IMG/VR virus record: IMGVR_UViG_640753059_000001
DNA: 64,000 bases
Source of the DNA: a virus
Taxonomy: Duplodnaviria; Caudoviricetes
Reading direction: 5' to 3' (one strand)
A model generated the notes under the pieces. That model did not search any database. It had not been told where the DNA came from and saw only the letters and a list, made by a program, of their open reading frames with translations. Shown here one piece after another: positions 8,813 through 18,119 of the stretch (position 1 is the first letter of the stretch; every line of letters starts with the position of its first letter). Made by a program: the position numbers and the translations under genes.

Positions 8813-10216
8813 TCACGCCTCCTCGCCGGGGAGAGGAAGGGCGCGCGCCCCATGATCTGCTCGGATTTGGGCAAGCAGAGCGGCATCTTCGTCCTGAAGG
8901 GACTCGCCCGTGCACTCGGCCAGCCAGTCGATTTGCGCAATGAGGATGCCGATATCGCGATCTAGCTCCGCCGCGCTCCGGGCCGCCGCAGGGGCGGTGG
9001 GTGGGGTGGCGAGGGTGGAGAGGATGCCGATCTCTTCCGCTTTCAGCAGCACCAGCCGGCGATGATCTGCCTCGGCCGCGTCTTTCGCGGTCATCGCATC
9101 CGCATGGTCTGCGCCGCGTCCCGCAGCCTGATGATAGGCGACCCCGTTGCGATCGACGCCATAGGTGAAGAAGCCGACAGCAGAGCTTGCGGTGAAGAGG
9201 ACATAATCGTCCGCGCTCTCGTCCATCCACTCCAGCGGCTTGACCACCACCTCGGCCTTCGCGGGCTCCGGGGGCGGGGCGGGGATCTTGAAGTCAGCTT
9301 CGATTTCCCGGAGCGCCTGCTTCGCGGCCACTGCCCCCGCATCACTGCCAACGCGGAATGCCATGGCGCGCTCGATACGGGCGACCATTTCATCGAGCGA
9401 CGGAGCACCGTTCGTGAAGCCGATGTGATGGTTTACGGCCTCGCCCTGGATGACCTCGACTTCGAGGCAGAAGTCGATTGCCGGATCGGGATGATGGCCG
9501 AAGCGGCCAAGCACTTCCCCGCTCTCGGCGGGAGGGGCGGCACGATAGAGCGGCGTTTGGAAATTTCCTTCCGGCGCCAGCCGGAAGGGGAGATAGGCGC
9601 TGGGCAACCCGGCGGCATTGTCGAGCTGGCTTGCACTGACGTAGATCGCCGGCGCCGCCACCGGCCACTCCTGCGGCATGGCGGAGCCGGTGGGCTTGGC
9701 GGCCTGCTTGGCGCGGATCTTCTCAACCTTCGTCCAGATACGCGCCAGCTCGGTCTCGCCCGCCTCGTGCATATCAACCCCATGGGCAAGGCAGTAGGCG
9801 GCGAGGGTCACCATGACGCCGCCAACTTCTTGCGACGGCTCTCCGGCCGGGCGGCTCCAGACGTAGCCGGTGAGGGCGCTGACGCGCTCGGCGGGGTAGC
9901 CACCAGATTGCAGAAGCTCCAGAACCTCTTCAAGCAGGCGGTCGCCACGCTCCAGCCTGTCGGCCGAAATCGCAGGGCCGAAGCACGCCTTCATCCAAGG
10001 ATCAACGCGGGATTGAAAGCTTTCACCCGGCACCGCCGCCGGATCGCTATGCGCGCGGGCGCGCTCGTGGGCGAGGGCGGCTTGCCAGCCCTGCCACATC
10101 CACTGCGTGTCGCTGTCGTCGTACATGCTGGTCTCGTCGTCCCACGTTCCTGGGGCGAGTCCGTCTTCGCGAGCTTCGGCCTCGAAGTCCTCGCGGTCCT
10201 GGTCACGCTGGGTCAT
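8813..10216 (-). CDS. Multi-module early protein with a MazG-like NTP pyrophosphohydrolase domain
   Basis: Start MTQRDQ; FQSRV..W..RLLEEVLEL..QEVGGVMVTLAA helical acidic motif. Confidence 0.6.
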   Translation of the reverse strand: MTQRDQDREDFEAEAREDGLAPGTWDDETSMYDDSDTQWMWQGWQAALAHERARAHSDPAAVPGESFQSRVDPWMKACFGPAISADRLERGDRLLEEVLELLQSGGYPAERVSALTGYVWSRPAGEPSQEVGGVMVTLAAYCLAHGVDMHEAGETELARIWTKVEKIRAKQAAKPTGSAMPQEWPVAAPAIYVSASQLDNAAGLPSAYLPFRLAPEGNFQTPLYRAAPPAESGEVLGRFGHHPDPAIDFCLEVEVIQGEAVNHHIGFTNGAPSLDEMVARIERAMAFRVGSDAGAVAAKQALREIEADFKIPAPPPEPAKAEVVVKPLEWMDESADDYVLFTASSAVGFFTYGVDRNGVAYHQAAGRGADHADAMTAKDAAEADHRRLVLLKAEEIGILSTLATPPTAPAAARSAAELDRDIGILIAQIDWLAECTGESLQDEDAALLAQIRADHGARALPLPGEEA

Positions 10217-10535
10217 TGTGCGGCTCCTCTGCGGCTGCGATTTCGTGGGAGAGCATGGCGCGGAATAGCTCGCGCGCGCCGGTCTCGCGGCCTTTGATAT
10301 TCCACGGCGGTCCACGGTCTTCGGTGTGCATGCAGTCAATGCCGCCGACTTCCAACACATATTCCCCGCCTGCCGTGGTCATGACGGATGTCGGCTCCAG
10401 CATCTCCTTCATCGCGGCGAGGGCTCTCTCTCTGAGGATGTCCTTCTGGAACCGAGAAAGTATCTTCCACGGTCTATTCCGTGGCGTCGCCTCATAGATC
10501 GCCCGCGCGATCCGCTCCTGCATTTCGCTGGCCAT
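10203..10535 (-). CDS. Hypothetical early protein
   Basis: ERIARAI...AAMKEMLEPT..M phage-type motif. Confidence 0.6.
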   Translation of the reverse strand: MASEMQERIARAIYEATPRNRPWKILSRFQKDILRERALAAMKEMLEPTSVMTTAGGEYVLEVGGIDCMHTEDRGPPWNIKGRETGARELFRAMLSHEIAAAEEPHNDPA

Positions 10536-10538
10536 CCC

Positions 10539-11135
10539 TCAGCCCTCCTTCGTGGTGGAGAGAGGTGGGGCGGGGAGAAGCATCCAGTGGGTGGGCGACA
10601 GCTCTGTGAACTCCTCGTAGCCCCAAGACGCGACCGTGAAATCCGACCACGCCCCGCGGTACAGAGGCCCGTCGTCCGGGTAGGAAGCGATTTCGAACTC
10701 CGGAACCCACTGCCCCACGGATATGGTCCACTCGGCCGGCTTGCCAGCCTCCGAGACCGCACTGGACGCGAGCAAGATGCGTGTCCCGTCCTTCGGCGCG
10801 GTCTCGATAGGCTGCCACACCACCCCACGCAGGAGCGTGGTGAGCGCGTCCCTTAAGTCGCGCAGCTGGCGCGCTTCAGTGATGACACCGTCTTCGGCTT
10901 GCTCGTCATGCCACTTAGTGGCTGCGGCCAGCAGCATCCCTTGGCCATATTGGTCAGGGGCGGACTGCTGCCACTGCCATTCGACCCCCATCTCGCGGGG
11001 CTCCGTGTACCCATCCCCGCCGCTGTATAAGCAGGCATTGAGCAAGTACTCGCCGACTTCGGCGAGGCGAATAGCCTCTTCCAAGTCGTCCACCCGCTTC
11101 GCCAGCGCGGCGGTGTCGATGGTCTCATTCGTCAT
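10539..11135 (-). CDS. DUF551 (Eaa-like) domain protein
   Basis: WQPIETAPKDGTRILL...PTHWMLLPAPP. Confidence 0.8.
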   Translation of the reverse strand: MTNETIDTAALAKRVDDLEEAIRLAEVGEYLLNACLYSGGDGYTEPREMGVEWQWQQSAPDQYGQGMLLAAATKWHDEQAEDGVITEARQLRDLRDALTTLLRGVVWQPIETAPKDGTRILLASSAVSEAGKPAEWTISVGQWVPEFEIASYPDDGPLYRGAWSDFTVASWGYEEFTELSPTHWMLLPAPPLSTTKEG

Positions 11136-11349
11136 GGGTCTCTTCCCGCGCCTTGAGTAGAGCATCGGCCACCTGATAGGAGCGTCCGGCAATATCGTCG
11201 GGGCCGAAGCTGACACCTGCCGTTCCAGAATGGGCGGCCATGCCGGCCGCAATCTGACCGGCGAACCAGTCGCGCAGGGTCATCCCTGCCGAACCCCAGC
11301 CCTGCCCTTCATCCGGGACCGGGAAGGCGAAACCGCCGTCATTCGTCAT
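11125..11349 (-). CDS. Conserved small phage protein
   Basis: GGFAFP...GMTLRDWFA...YQVADALLKAR signature. Confidence 0.75.
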   Translation of the reverse strand: MTNDGGFAFPVPDEGQGWGSAGMTLRDWFAGQIAAGMAAHSGTAGVSFGPDDIAGRSYQVADALLKAREETHDE

Positions 11350-11557
11350 CGGGATATTCCCTTTCCATCCGCTGGCGCTCGTGAGCGTCGTCGCGAAGAA
11401 GATCCGGGTCAGGCTCGCTATCTTCCCAAGGGCACGACCCCATTTCTTCCTCAAGCTCACAGGAGCGCGAGGAATAGGCGCCGCAGAACGGGCAGATCGT
11501 GTTTGGCGCTGCGACACGATACGGAGCGGCGGTGTCGATGGTCTCGGTCATGGTCAT
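11339..11557 (-). CDS. Small Cys-containing protein
   Basis: CPFCG..C..C pattern; coupled to neighbours. Confidence 0.55.
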   Translation of the reverse strand: MTMTETIDTAAPYRVAAPNTICPFCGAYSSRSCELEEEMGSCPWEDSEPDPDLLRDDAHERQRMEREYPDDE

Positions 11558-12045
11558 TTTCCCGCCTCAGCTCTGGCTTTGTTCACGATGGCGGTGAGCG
11601 CATGCACGATTTCCGCTTCCGGCCGGCCTAGCCCACGAAGGGCCTCAGACAGGTCATAGAGTCGCTCCGCGACCCGAAGGGGGTCGATGCCGATGATTGA
11701 CCACCAAAGCTCCTCCCCGTTGGCGTGCTGGGAATACTTGTCGCCCTGGTGGACATCGGGGGCCAACGGCACGGTCCATCTGTCGTCCGGCTTCGCGCTT
11801 CCAGGGCCTGCCTTCCCCATGGCCGCGCTCGAATAGCGGATATGAGCCGCATCATTCCTCCGGGATGCAGTCGGGAGCGCGCCGGTGGCAAGGCACGGCA
11901 AGTTCCGGATGAGGTCGAGGTGGCCCGCATCCTTCTGCCGGCCGCGCTCGCGCTTAGGCTTCCGCCCCTGCCTCTCTAGAGGATGATCAGGCTTCAGGCG
12001 GTTTGTGTTCCAGCCGCCATCCGGCTCAATGCGGGCGGCCATCAC
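11554..12045 (-). CDS. DUF968-like (HNH-related) protein
   Basis: HLDLIRNLPC..DAAHIR..KPDDRWTVPL..H..QH. Confidence 0.7.
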   Translation of the reverse strand: MMAARIEPDGGWNTNRLKPDHPLERQGRKPKRERGRQKDAGHLDLIRNLPCLATGALPTASRRNDAAHIRYSSAAMGKAGPGSAKPDDRWTVPLAPDVHQGDKYSQHANGEELWWSIIGIDPLRVAERLYDLSEALRGLGRPEAEIVHALTAIVNKARAEAGK

Positions 12046-12209
12046 GCGCGCTCCATCTCTACGACAGGCTCTTCAGGAACCGATCCGTTGTTGATGTAGA
12101 TTGCGACATTCACCCCAGTCTTGTAGACGCATAGGCATCGGCCCATGCGCACGACGCGGTAGCCGGAGCGGATGAGGCGGGCGCGGGCGTCGTGGATTTC
12201 GAGGCGCAT
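12042..12209 (-). CDS. Hypothetical small protein
   Basis: Start MRLEIH; coupled stop/start. Confidence 0.45.
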   Translation of the reverse strand: MRLEIHDARARLIRSGYRVVRMGRCLCVYKTGVNVAIYINNGSVPEEPVVEMERA

Positions 12210-12211
12210 GG

Positions 12212-12538
12212 TCACTTCCCCTCCTTCAGGAGGCGGCGGCCGGCGTCGGTGATACCCACCGTGTGGTACCGGTACGCAAATGGGCGGGATGACGTGATGA
12301 GCCCAGCATGCCGCAGGCGATCGAGCAGCGCCGTAGTGGTGCAAATCTTCGCCCGGTCCCATGTGCCGCCGGCAAGCACTTCATCAATCGCCTGCAAGAC
12401 ACGGTACTGTGCGGGCGTCAGCTTCCCCCTCCCAGCGGGCGGCACAGCCACTTCGACTGCACCGCCCGCGTCCGCCGGGCTGGGGGAGGAGGGGGCTTCC
12501 AGAGGCCCCGGCGGATTGGTGTTCGTGTGATCGGTCAT
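12212..12538 (-). CDS. Putative winged-helix small protein
   Basis: KLTPAQYRVL..LRHAGLI..ITDAGRRLL. Confidence 0.55.
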   Translation of the reverse strand: MTDHTNTNPPGPLEAPSSPSPADAGGAVEVAVPPAGRGKLTPAQYRVLQAIDEVLAGGTWDRAKICTTTALLDRLRHAGLITSSRPFAYRYHTVGITDAGRRLLKEGK

Positions 12539-12978
12539 GCTGCCCTCTCGGTGAGGCGGGCCTTGCCAAGCGCGAGGATGTCCTCAACGGTCAGGCCCGG
12601 CAGAATTTCAGTGGTGATCGTCAGCATTGCTGCATCGAAATATTCGCGGAACTTGGCGGCATCCATCCGGTCGAACGCCGTCGATTGCGCGCGGGTATCA
12701 ACCTCTCCATGGACAGACGCATAGCTCTCGAAATATCCGAGGTGCATCTTCAGGGCGTGGTGCAGGACCTCGCTGGACGACCACTTCCCGGTTGCCGCGC
12801 ACACGGCCGACAGGACGGACCAGTAGAGGCGATTGACGCCACCAGATCGCGGCTCGGTAAGTTCGGCGCGGAGCGTCACGCCCTCCCTGTAGCGGGTGAG
12901 CGCTTCGGCATCGAACCGGGCGCGGGGCAAGAGCAGTTCACCCTTGCGCACCAGCCATATGGAGGGCTTGTCGCTCAT
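12535..12978 (-). CDS. DUF1367/NinB-like recombination accessory protein
   Basis: EPRS...RLYW...STAFDRMD..F.EYFD; lies beside the exonuclease. Confidence 0.7.
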   Translation of the reverse strand: MSDKPSIWLVRKGELLLPRARFDAEALTRYREGVTLRAELTEPRSGGVNRLYWSVLSAVCAATGKWSSSEVLHHALKMHLGYFESYASVHGEVDTRAQSTAFDRMDAAKFREYFDAAMLTITTEILPGLTVEDILALGKARLTERAA

Positions 12979-13604
12979 GCCGCGGCCTTCCCGCCGCCGT
13001 AGGCGCGGATCTGCTCCACCACCTCCTGCAGCTCGGCGTTGAAGTCGGAGACGGCCTTGGACAGGGCCGCGATGTAGAGTTCATCGCGATGGGTGCGCTT
13101 GATGAAGGGCGGGAGCTTCGGCCAATAGACGCAGATGTCCAGCCATTCGCGCTCGGCCACCCATAGCGCGCCCTGGCATTGGGCGACGTGCTCGCTCGGG
13201 AACTCATCCTTCAACAAGCATTCGATCAGAAGTGATGGGATCTTCGTCTTGATCTCCAGCATGCCATCAGTTCCGATGAGGCTGTCCGGGCTGCACCCCT
13301 TCTGCCCATTGCGGATGAAGCCGACCAATTCCGGCTCAACATCGCGCTGGAAGGCATAGAAATTCCGCGCCTCTGGCTCCATGATGTGCCCGCGCTCCAT
13401 ATGCGCGTTGCTGTAGGTTTCTGCCGGCTCTCCGGTCAAAATTTCGCCCGCCAACTGAAGCATGTACTTCCGGCGCGTGACGCTTTCTCCGCCGCCCTTG
13501 CCTTTTGCCATGACGGTGGAGAACATGCTGGCGGTCGGGATACCGGCCCTGGCCTGCATCCACTCAGGCGAGTTCTGCGGAACGTCGATTATCTCTAGGC
13601 TCAT
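12975..13604 (-). CDS. YqaJ/lambda-exonuclease family protein
   Basis: QNSPEWMQAR.GIPTAS, MERGH..E, SPD, EIK, Q.Q motifs. Confidence 0.92.
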   Translation of the reverse strand: MSLEIIDVPQNSPEWMQARAGIPTASMFSTVMAKGKGGGESVTRRKYMLQLAGEILTGEPAETYSNAHMERGHIMEPEARNFYAFQRDVEPELVGFIRNGQKGCSPDSLIGTDGMLEIKTKIPSLLIECLLKDEFPSEHVAQCQGALWVAEREWLDICVYWPKLPPFIKRTHRDELYIAALSKAVSDFNAELQEVVEQIRAYGGGKAAA

Positions 13605-14161
13605 TCTACATGGCTCCAGTGCTTGCCGCTTCGGATGAACCAAATGGCACCTGGGTGAACTCCAAATGAGGCCGCTATGGCCGTATCTGGCTCTCCGTCT
13701 GCAATACGGAGTTTGATCGTGCGTACGTCCTGTTCCGTGAGCTTCGCCTTATTATTCTCGGCGCCGCATTTGTGGCTCTTGACGATGTTGCAGCGCGCTA
13801 CGGCTGCGGCGCGCTCAGGGTCACGCTTCGTCCAGTGATTCTGCCCACGTGGAAGATTGTGGTCTTGGCGATAGCCTCCTTTGTTTCGCTGTTGCTCAGA
13901 ACGAGTTGCCCATCGACAGTTAGAAGGCTCGTAGTGCCCATCGTTGTCGATGCGATCAATCGAATGTTCACTGGATGGGCGCGGACCCATATCATCGAAG
14001 AACGCGGAAAAGTCTTGCCATCTCTCGCAAATCACAATCCCACGCGCACCGTACCGCGCGTAACGAACGCTGTTAGGGTTCTCACAACGCTGGATCATGC
14101 TTGCCCACGCCCGGTACTCTGGCGTCTTCGTCATGCCGTGAGTAACGACCCCTCTACGCAT
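13601..14161 (-). CDS. HNH homing endonuclease with C-terminal HTH
   Basis: True start ATG 14161 (MRRGVVTHG); SIDRIDNDGHYEPSNCRWAT..Q..N; KLTEQDV..IAASFGV. Confidence 0.88.
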   Translation of the reverse strand: MRRGVVTHGMTKTPEYRAWASMIQRCENPNSVRYARYGARGIVICERWQDFSAFFDDMGPRPSSEHSIDRIDNDGHYEPSNCRWATRSEQQRNKGGYRQDHNLPRGQNHWTKRDPERAAAVARCNIVKSHKCGAENNKAKLTEQDVRTIKLRIADGEPDTAIAASFGVHPGAIWFIRSGKHWSHVE

Positions 14162-14756
14162 TATCCGCCTCCATGCTTTTGAGGTGGAAGTAGACGCGGC
14201 GGCAGGCGGCCACATCAACCATCGCGTCGTGGGCGCCATCCAGGTCCTCTCCGAAGAAGTGCCGGATGCATTCTTCCAGCTTCGGCGGCTTCGGCTTGTT
14301 GAACCCGGCGGCGCGCATCCGATCGGTCGGCGGAAGGTTGATGATGGGGGTGGCGGACTCCATCGTGCAGAAGACCGGCTTGCGAAGCGGCATGACGCGG
14401 CCGTAGTGCCGGGAGATCGCCGTCTCAGTGACGCCCTTGTCGAACTTGGCGTTGTGGGCGCACACCATGTCCGCGCGCTGGTAGAGATGGGTGAAAGCCG
14501 ACAGGGCGAACTCGGTCGAAACCCCGAACTGCACGGCCCTCTCGTTGGTGATCCCATGCACAGCGGCGGCGCGCTCCGGAATATTGATGCCGTCGCCAAT
14601 GCCGGGATCGATGATGAAGGAAAAACCGGCGATGGGCCGTCCATCGTCTTCGCAGAGTTGGGCCGCCAACTGCACGATATAGGGCTGGGCTTTATGGTCG
14701 ACTGGCAGGCGATCATCGAAGAAGCCAGTAGTTTCCGTATCCCAAAAGAGGATCAT
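14154..14756 (-). CDS. DnaQ-like (DEDDh) 3'-5' exonuclease
   Basis: DTETTG, AHNAKFD, AHDAMVD. Confidence 0.92.
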   Translation of the reverse strand: MILFWDTETTGFFDDRLPVDHKAQPYIVQLAAQLCEDDGRPIAGFSFIIDPGIGDGINIPERAAAVHGITNERAVQFGVSTEFALSAFTHLYQRADMVCAHNAKFDKGVTETAISRHYGRVMPLRKPVFCTMESATPIINLPPTDRMRAAGFNKPKPPKLEECIRHFFGEDLDGAHDAMVDVAACRRVYFHLKSMEADNA

Positions 14757-14764
14757 GGCGCGCC

Positions 14765-15778
14765 TCAATATTTGATCGAGATGTTGGGGATTTCGCCCGC
14801 GATGATCCGCCTGAGGGCCGTCTTCGCAGCCCCTTCCGGCACGCCGCCAGCGACGAGCGCGTTCAGGGCGGCGACGTTGACCGCGCGACGGTGTTCCTTG
14901 TCCTGCTCTCGGCGCTTGGCCTCGGCCGTTTCGGCGGCCTTCTCCTGCTCCTGCCGGAGACGCGCGTTCTCTTCCGCCTCGGCGGCCCGGCGCTCCGCAT
15001 CCTCGGCAGCGCGCTTCAGATCCTGCTCGCGGCGTTCTGCGGCTTCCCGTTCGCGCTGGGCAGCTTCCTCCGCACGGCGGACGGCGGCTTGGGCCTGCTC
15101 TTCGGCGACGCGCTTGGCACGCTCCGCCGCCTCACGGGCGATCTGCTCCTCACGGTCCTTCTTGGCGCGCTCTTCCGCCAGGCGCCGCAGCTCGGCGAGT
15201 TCGGCCTGTTCCGCCTCATAGCGCTGGCGCGCTGCGATGCCGGTAGTCAGCGCCTGAACGGCCGAGTCCTTGGCCTTGGCGTAAGCGGCCTCATATTCCT
15301 CGCACTTTGGCCCGACTACGACGGCCTCGACCTCGGCAAGGGCGAGCTGAAGCGCATCGACGGCCACATTTTGCTTGCCCATATCGGCGAGCTGATCAAG
15401 CCGCAGGATTGCGCGCTCATGGGCTTGGACGCGCTCTTTCTCCGCATTCTCCCAGCCGGTAAGGGGCTTGCGGACTTCGTCCCGCCATGTTTCCAGCGTG
15501 TCGCGGACATGCTTCCGGCACGCGTCAATCTTCTTCGGGATCTCCTTTTGCTCGGCGGCAAGGGTCTTCCCGACCTCATCATCAAGGTAGACCTTCACCT
15601 TGCTGATTTTGGCAGCAAAGGACGCGATATCTTTCCGCCCCTTGGCGGTGGATACATCGGCAGTAAACGCATCGATCTCCCCACGCACCTTGGAAAGGAA
15701 CGGGTCAATGGCGCCGGCCGTGGTGAATACGGAAAGGGCATCGGCCTTCGGGATAGTGACAAGATCAAGGTTCATCAC
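14765..15778 (-). CDS. Conserved phage coiled-coil protein (often mis-annotated TolA)
   Basis: KGRKDIASFA.K..K.K N-terminus and long EARK-rich coiled coil. Confidence 0.75.
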   Translation of the reverse strand: MMNLDLVTIPKADALSVFTTAGAIDPFLSKVRGEIDAFTADVSTAKGRKDIASFAAKISKVKVYLDDEVGKTLAAEQKEIPKKIDACRKHVRDTLETWRDEVRKPLTGWENAEKERVQAHERAILRLDQLADMGKQNVAVDALQLALAEVEAVVVGPKCEEYEAAYAKAKDSAVQALTTGIAARQRYEAEQAELAELRRLAEERAKKDREEQIAREAAERAKRVAEEQAQAAVRRAEEAAQREREAAERREQDLKRAAEDAERRAAEAEENARLRQEQEKAAETAEAKRREQDKEHRRAVNVAALNALVAGGVPEGAAKTALRRIIAGEIPNISIKY

Positions 15779-16632
15779 TTCGTCCTCTTGCGTTCGAGGG
15801 CAGTTTTCGCGTCATTGAAGCGGGCCGCTGGAAGGTCGCTGAGGCGGTCAACCCTCATGAAGGTACAGAAACGCTTTTCATCGGCTTCGACGCTGGCGGC
15901 GAGGTCGCGCAGCACTAGCACTTGGTCTTCGGTGATCGTCTCGACACCTCCGGCTGCGCGGCCGTCGTCGTCCCGGTCTTCGCGCGCCCGGCTCTGGAAA
16001 TTCAGAAGGGCGCGCGCCGTGTAGCGCTGGCCGTAGCTGATCGTGCTGCCGACGGCCTGAACCGAGTTCTTGGACCCGGTACTGTCGTGCATCAGCGTGA
16101 TGGTGGTTTCTTCCTGGTGCCCTTCGTTGTGGCTCAGGACGGCAGTGGTGTTCTGCTTCCCATCGGCGGCGACGCCCAGGCGGAAGGAGAGCCCGAAGCC
16201 ATGGGCGCGGAGCACCGGCTGGATCGCCTCGTTGATGTCCTCCCACTTGGCGTAGCGGGTGGATTGGATGACCTTCGTGCCGCCCTTCTCGCGGATCTCA
16301 ATCTGCCCGTTCTGGTTGATCACTGGAAGTTCGGCCTGCATCTCCGGGAACGCGGCGAGATAGGCGCGCTTCGCTTCATCCGCTCGGATCGTCCGGTACA
16401 TCGCCATGAGCCGCTCGACCTTGTCGGCGTCGATCTCCGGGTTGCTGGCGGCCTGCATAATGGCGCCGAGGATCGAGCCGGCGTCGGATTTGGCCGAAGA
16501 CCGGGGCGCGGGGCGGCGGGCGGGCGCCTGCCGCGCCTGGCGCGTGGCCGGGACATTCAACTTCGGCGCCGGCTTCGGTACGGTGATGTCCAGATCGTCG
16601 ATTTCGTCGGCATATGCGATTTCAGACATCAC
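15775..16632 (-). CDS. ERF family ssDNA-annealing protein
   Basis: YAKWEDI...Q.VGSTISYGQRY...DDDG signature. Confidence 0.88.
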   Translation of the reverse strand: MMSEIAYADEIDDLDITVPKPAPKLNVPATRQARQAPARRPAPRSSAKSDAGSILGAIMQAASNPEIDADKVERLMAMYRTIRADEAKRAYLAAFPEMQAELPVINQNGQIEIREKGGTKVIQSTRYAKWEDINEAIQPVLRAHGFGLSFRLGVAADGKQNTTAVLSHNEGHQEETTITLMHDSTGSKNSVQAVGSTISYGQRYTARALLNFQSRAREDRDDDGRAAGGVETITEDQVLVLRDLAASVEADEKRFCTFMRVDRLSDLPAARFNDAKTALERKRTK

Positions 16633-16910
16633 TTATCTCCCACGGCATAGACCGGGATTTCAGGGCGAATGGAGAAGTCGCCTACAATTTCGTCATCCGC
16701 CGCGCTCTCCAGAGCCACACGGCAGGTATTCGCGAGCTTCCAGCGCGCCTCTTGCGTCTCCATCCCGTGCAGGACTGCACGGACTACAGCTTCAAGCACA
16801 GCGGCCCGGAACTTCGCCTCAGCGATCTTCCCAGAGCACACCACGCATCCAATGATGCAGCCCATGCCAGCAGAGGCAAAGAAGAGGGGGATGACGATGT
16901 AGGTGGGCAT
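16629..16910 (-). CDS. Hypothetical membrane-anchored protein
   Basis: N-terminal hydrophobic segment; coupled to the ERF gene. Confidence 0.5.
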   Translation of the reverse strand: MPTYIVIPLFFASAGMGCIIGCVVCSGKIAEAKFRAAVLEAVVRAVLHGMETQEARWKLANTCRVALESAADDEIVGDFSIRPEIPVYAVGDK

Positions 16911-16913
16911 GGG

Positions 16914-17132
16914 TTATGCCCCCGCCTTGGCCGCGGCGTTCTGGCGGGCGGCCTTCCTTCCAAAGATGTCACAGCGCCGAATTTCTTGCGCTCCGACAAG
17001 CTTCTTCAAGCGACCAACTGTAGTGTTGTGCCAATCGCTCTCAATGACCTTCCCGTCAGCCACATAGAGATATCCGGCGTAGACAGGATAATCATCGGAA
17101 AGGATCGGCTCGTTCAATTTAGCTTCGCTCAT
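16914..17132 (-). CDS. Hypothetical early protein
   Basis: Likely start MSEAKLNEP. Confidence 0.55.
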   Translation of the reverse strand: MSEAKLNEPILSDDYPVYAGYLYVADGKVIESDWHNTTVGRLKKLVGAQEIRRCDIFGRKAARQNAAAKAGA

Positions 17133-17210
17133 CTCACCACCCCATCCAGTCAAAAGCAGAGTTGCGAACGAAAGCGCGGACAAGGCGCCAGAAGAGATAA
17201 GCAAGGATCA

Positions 17211-17432
17211 TCACTCAGCCGCCTCCCGCACCACACCGGCCTCGGAAATGACAGCCCCGGTCCACTCATGGATGGCGCGGATATCATCCATGGATAGATC
17301 CCGCCAAGAAACGGACTGCACAGAGACTATCTTGATGGCGTACCCGTCTTCCCACTTCCGGTCTGGGGACACAAACTTGAGAACGGGCTGACGGTCTGAG
17401 CCATCCAAGCGAAGATCCTCGACCATGATCAC
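17211..17432 (-). CDS. Hypothetical early protein
   Basis: GGAGG RBS; coupled start. Confidence 0.55.
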   Translation of the reverse strand: MIMVEDLRLDGSDRQPVLKFVSPDRKWEDGYAIKIVSVQSVSWRDLSMDDIRAIHEWTGAVISEAGVVREAAE

Positions 17433-17695
17433 CTCCGATATGCGATGTAATCGCGCCGGGCCTGCGCCATGCGGGCAATCATCTGCTCTTCGGCGTGGGC
17501 GTCCGCTGCCCGTATGGCGGCTGCACGGAAAGCAGCGGCGATGTCCGCGAACGCATCATTGAGCGCGTCGCTGTAGTCCTTGAGCGCGAAGGGATTGATC
17601 GGCGTCCCGCCCTCGCGTTGCACCGTGATCGCGTCGGCCACGGCTTTTAGGTGTCTGTCGCGATCTGCCGCCAGCGCGGCGATGATGTCTTGCAT
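17429..17695 (-). CDS. Hypothetical early protein
   Basis: GGGAGG RBS; plausible helical protein. Confidence 0.55.
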   Translation of the reverse strand: MQDIIAALAADRDRHLKAVADAITVQREGGTPINPFALKDYSDALNDAFADIAAAFRAAAIRAADAHAEEQMIARMAQARRDYIAYRR

Positions 17696-17745
17696 GATCC
17701 CCTCCCGGTGAAGAGGGCCAGCCGATGCCGGCCCTCCGGTCGTCG

Positions 17746-18117
17746 TCAGTCCATCTGCTGGCGGGCCAGCTTCTCGTAAGGGTCGTATTCGCGGGTCACG
17801 CGGATTTCGTATTCGCCCGGCCCGAACATGATCGGCTCATGCGTGTCGTGGTCCCGCAGATGCACCAGCGGCGTATCGCTCTCCACGACGGCGCGGAGGA
17901 TGCGCATGCCCTCCGGCGGCCGGTCCATGACCGCGACCGAGCATGCAGGTCCATCGAGAACATGGTAGTGACCCGTCCCGGAATGGCCGACGATCAGCTT
18001 CCCGTCTTCCCGAGAAAGCTCGGTGTATCCCGAGGGAATGCCCCGGTTCTTCGGCAGATCTCCGACGCGGCGGATATAGAGCTCGCCCTGCGCCGCACGG
18101 ATCTTGAACGTCTTCAT
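17746..18117 (-). CDS. Small His-rich beta protein, partner of the DUF6745-like gene
   Basis: AQGELY, GHSGTGHYH, HLRDHDTHE, GEYEIR..REY motifs. Confidence 0.75.
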   Translation of the reverse strand: MKTFKIRAAQGELYIRRVGDLPKNRGIPSGYTELSREDGKLIVGHSGTGHYHVLDGPACSVAVMDRPPEGMRILRAVVESDTPLVHLRDHDTHEPIMFGPGEYEIRVTREYDPYEKLARQQMD

Positions 18118-18119
18118 AT

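Noticed and set aside
14162-14716. N-terminal extension of the HNH ORF
   Set aside because: Overlaps the DnaQ-like gene in another frame; the real start is 14161.
14765-15778. TolA envelope protein
   Set aside because: Similarity is only low-complexity coiled coil; there is no TM anchor and it sits in the recombination module.
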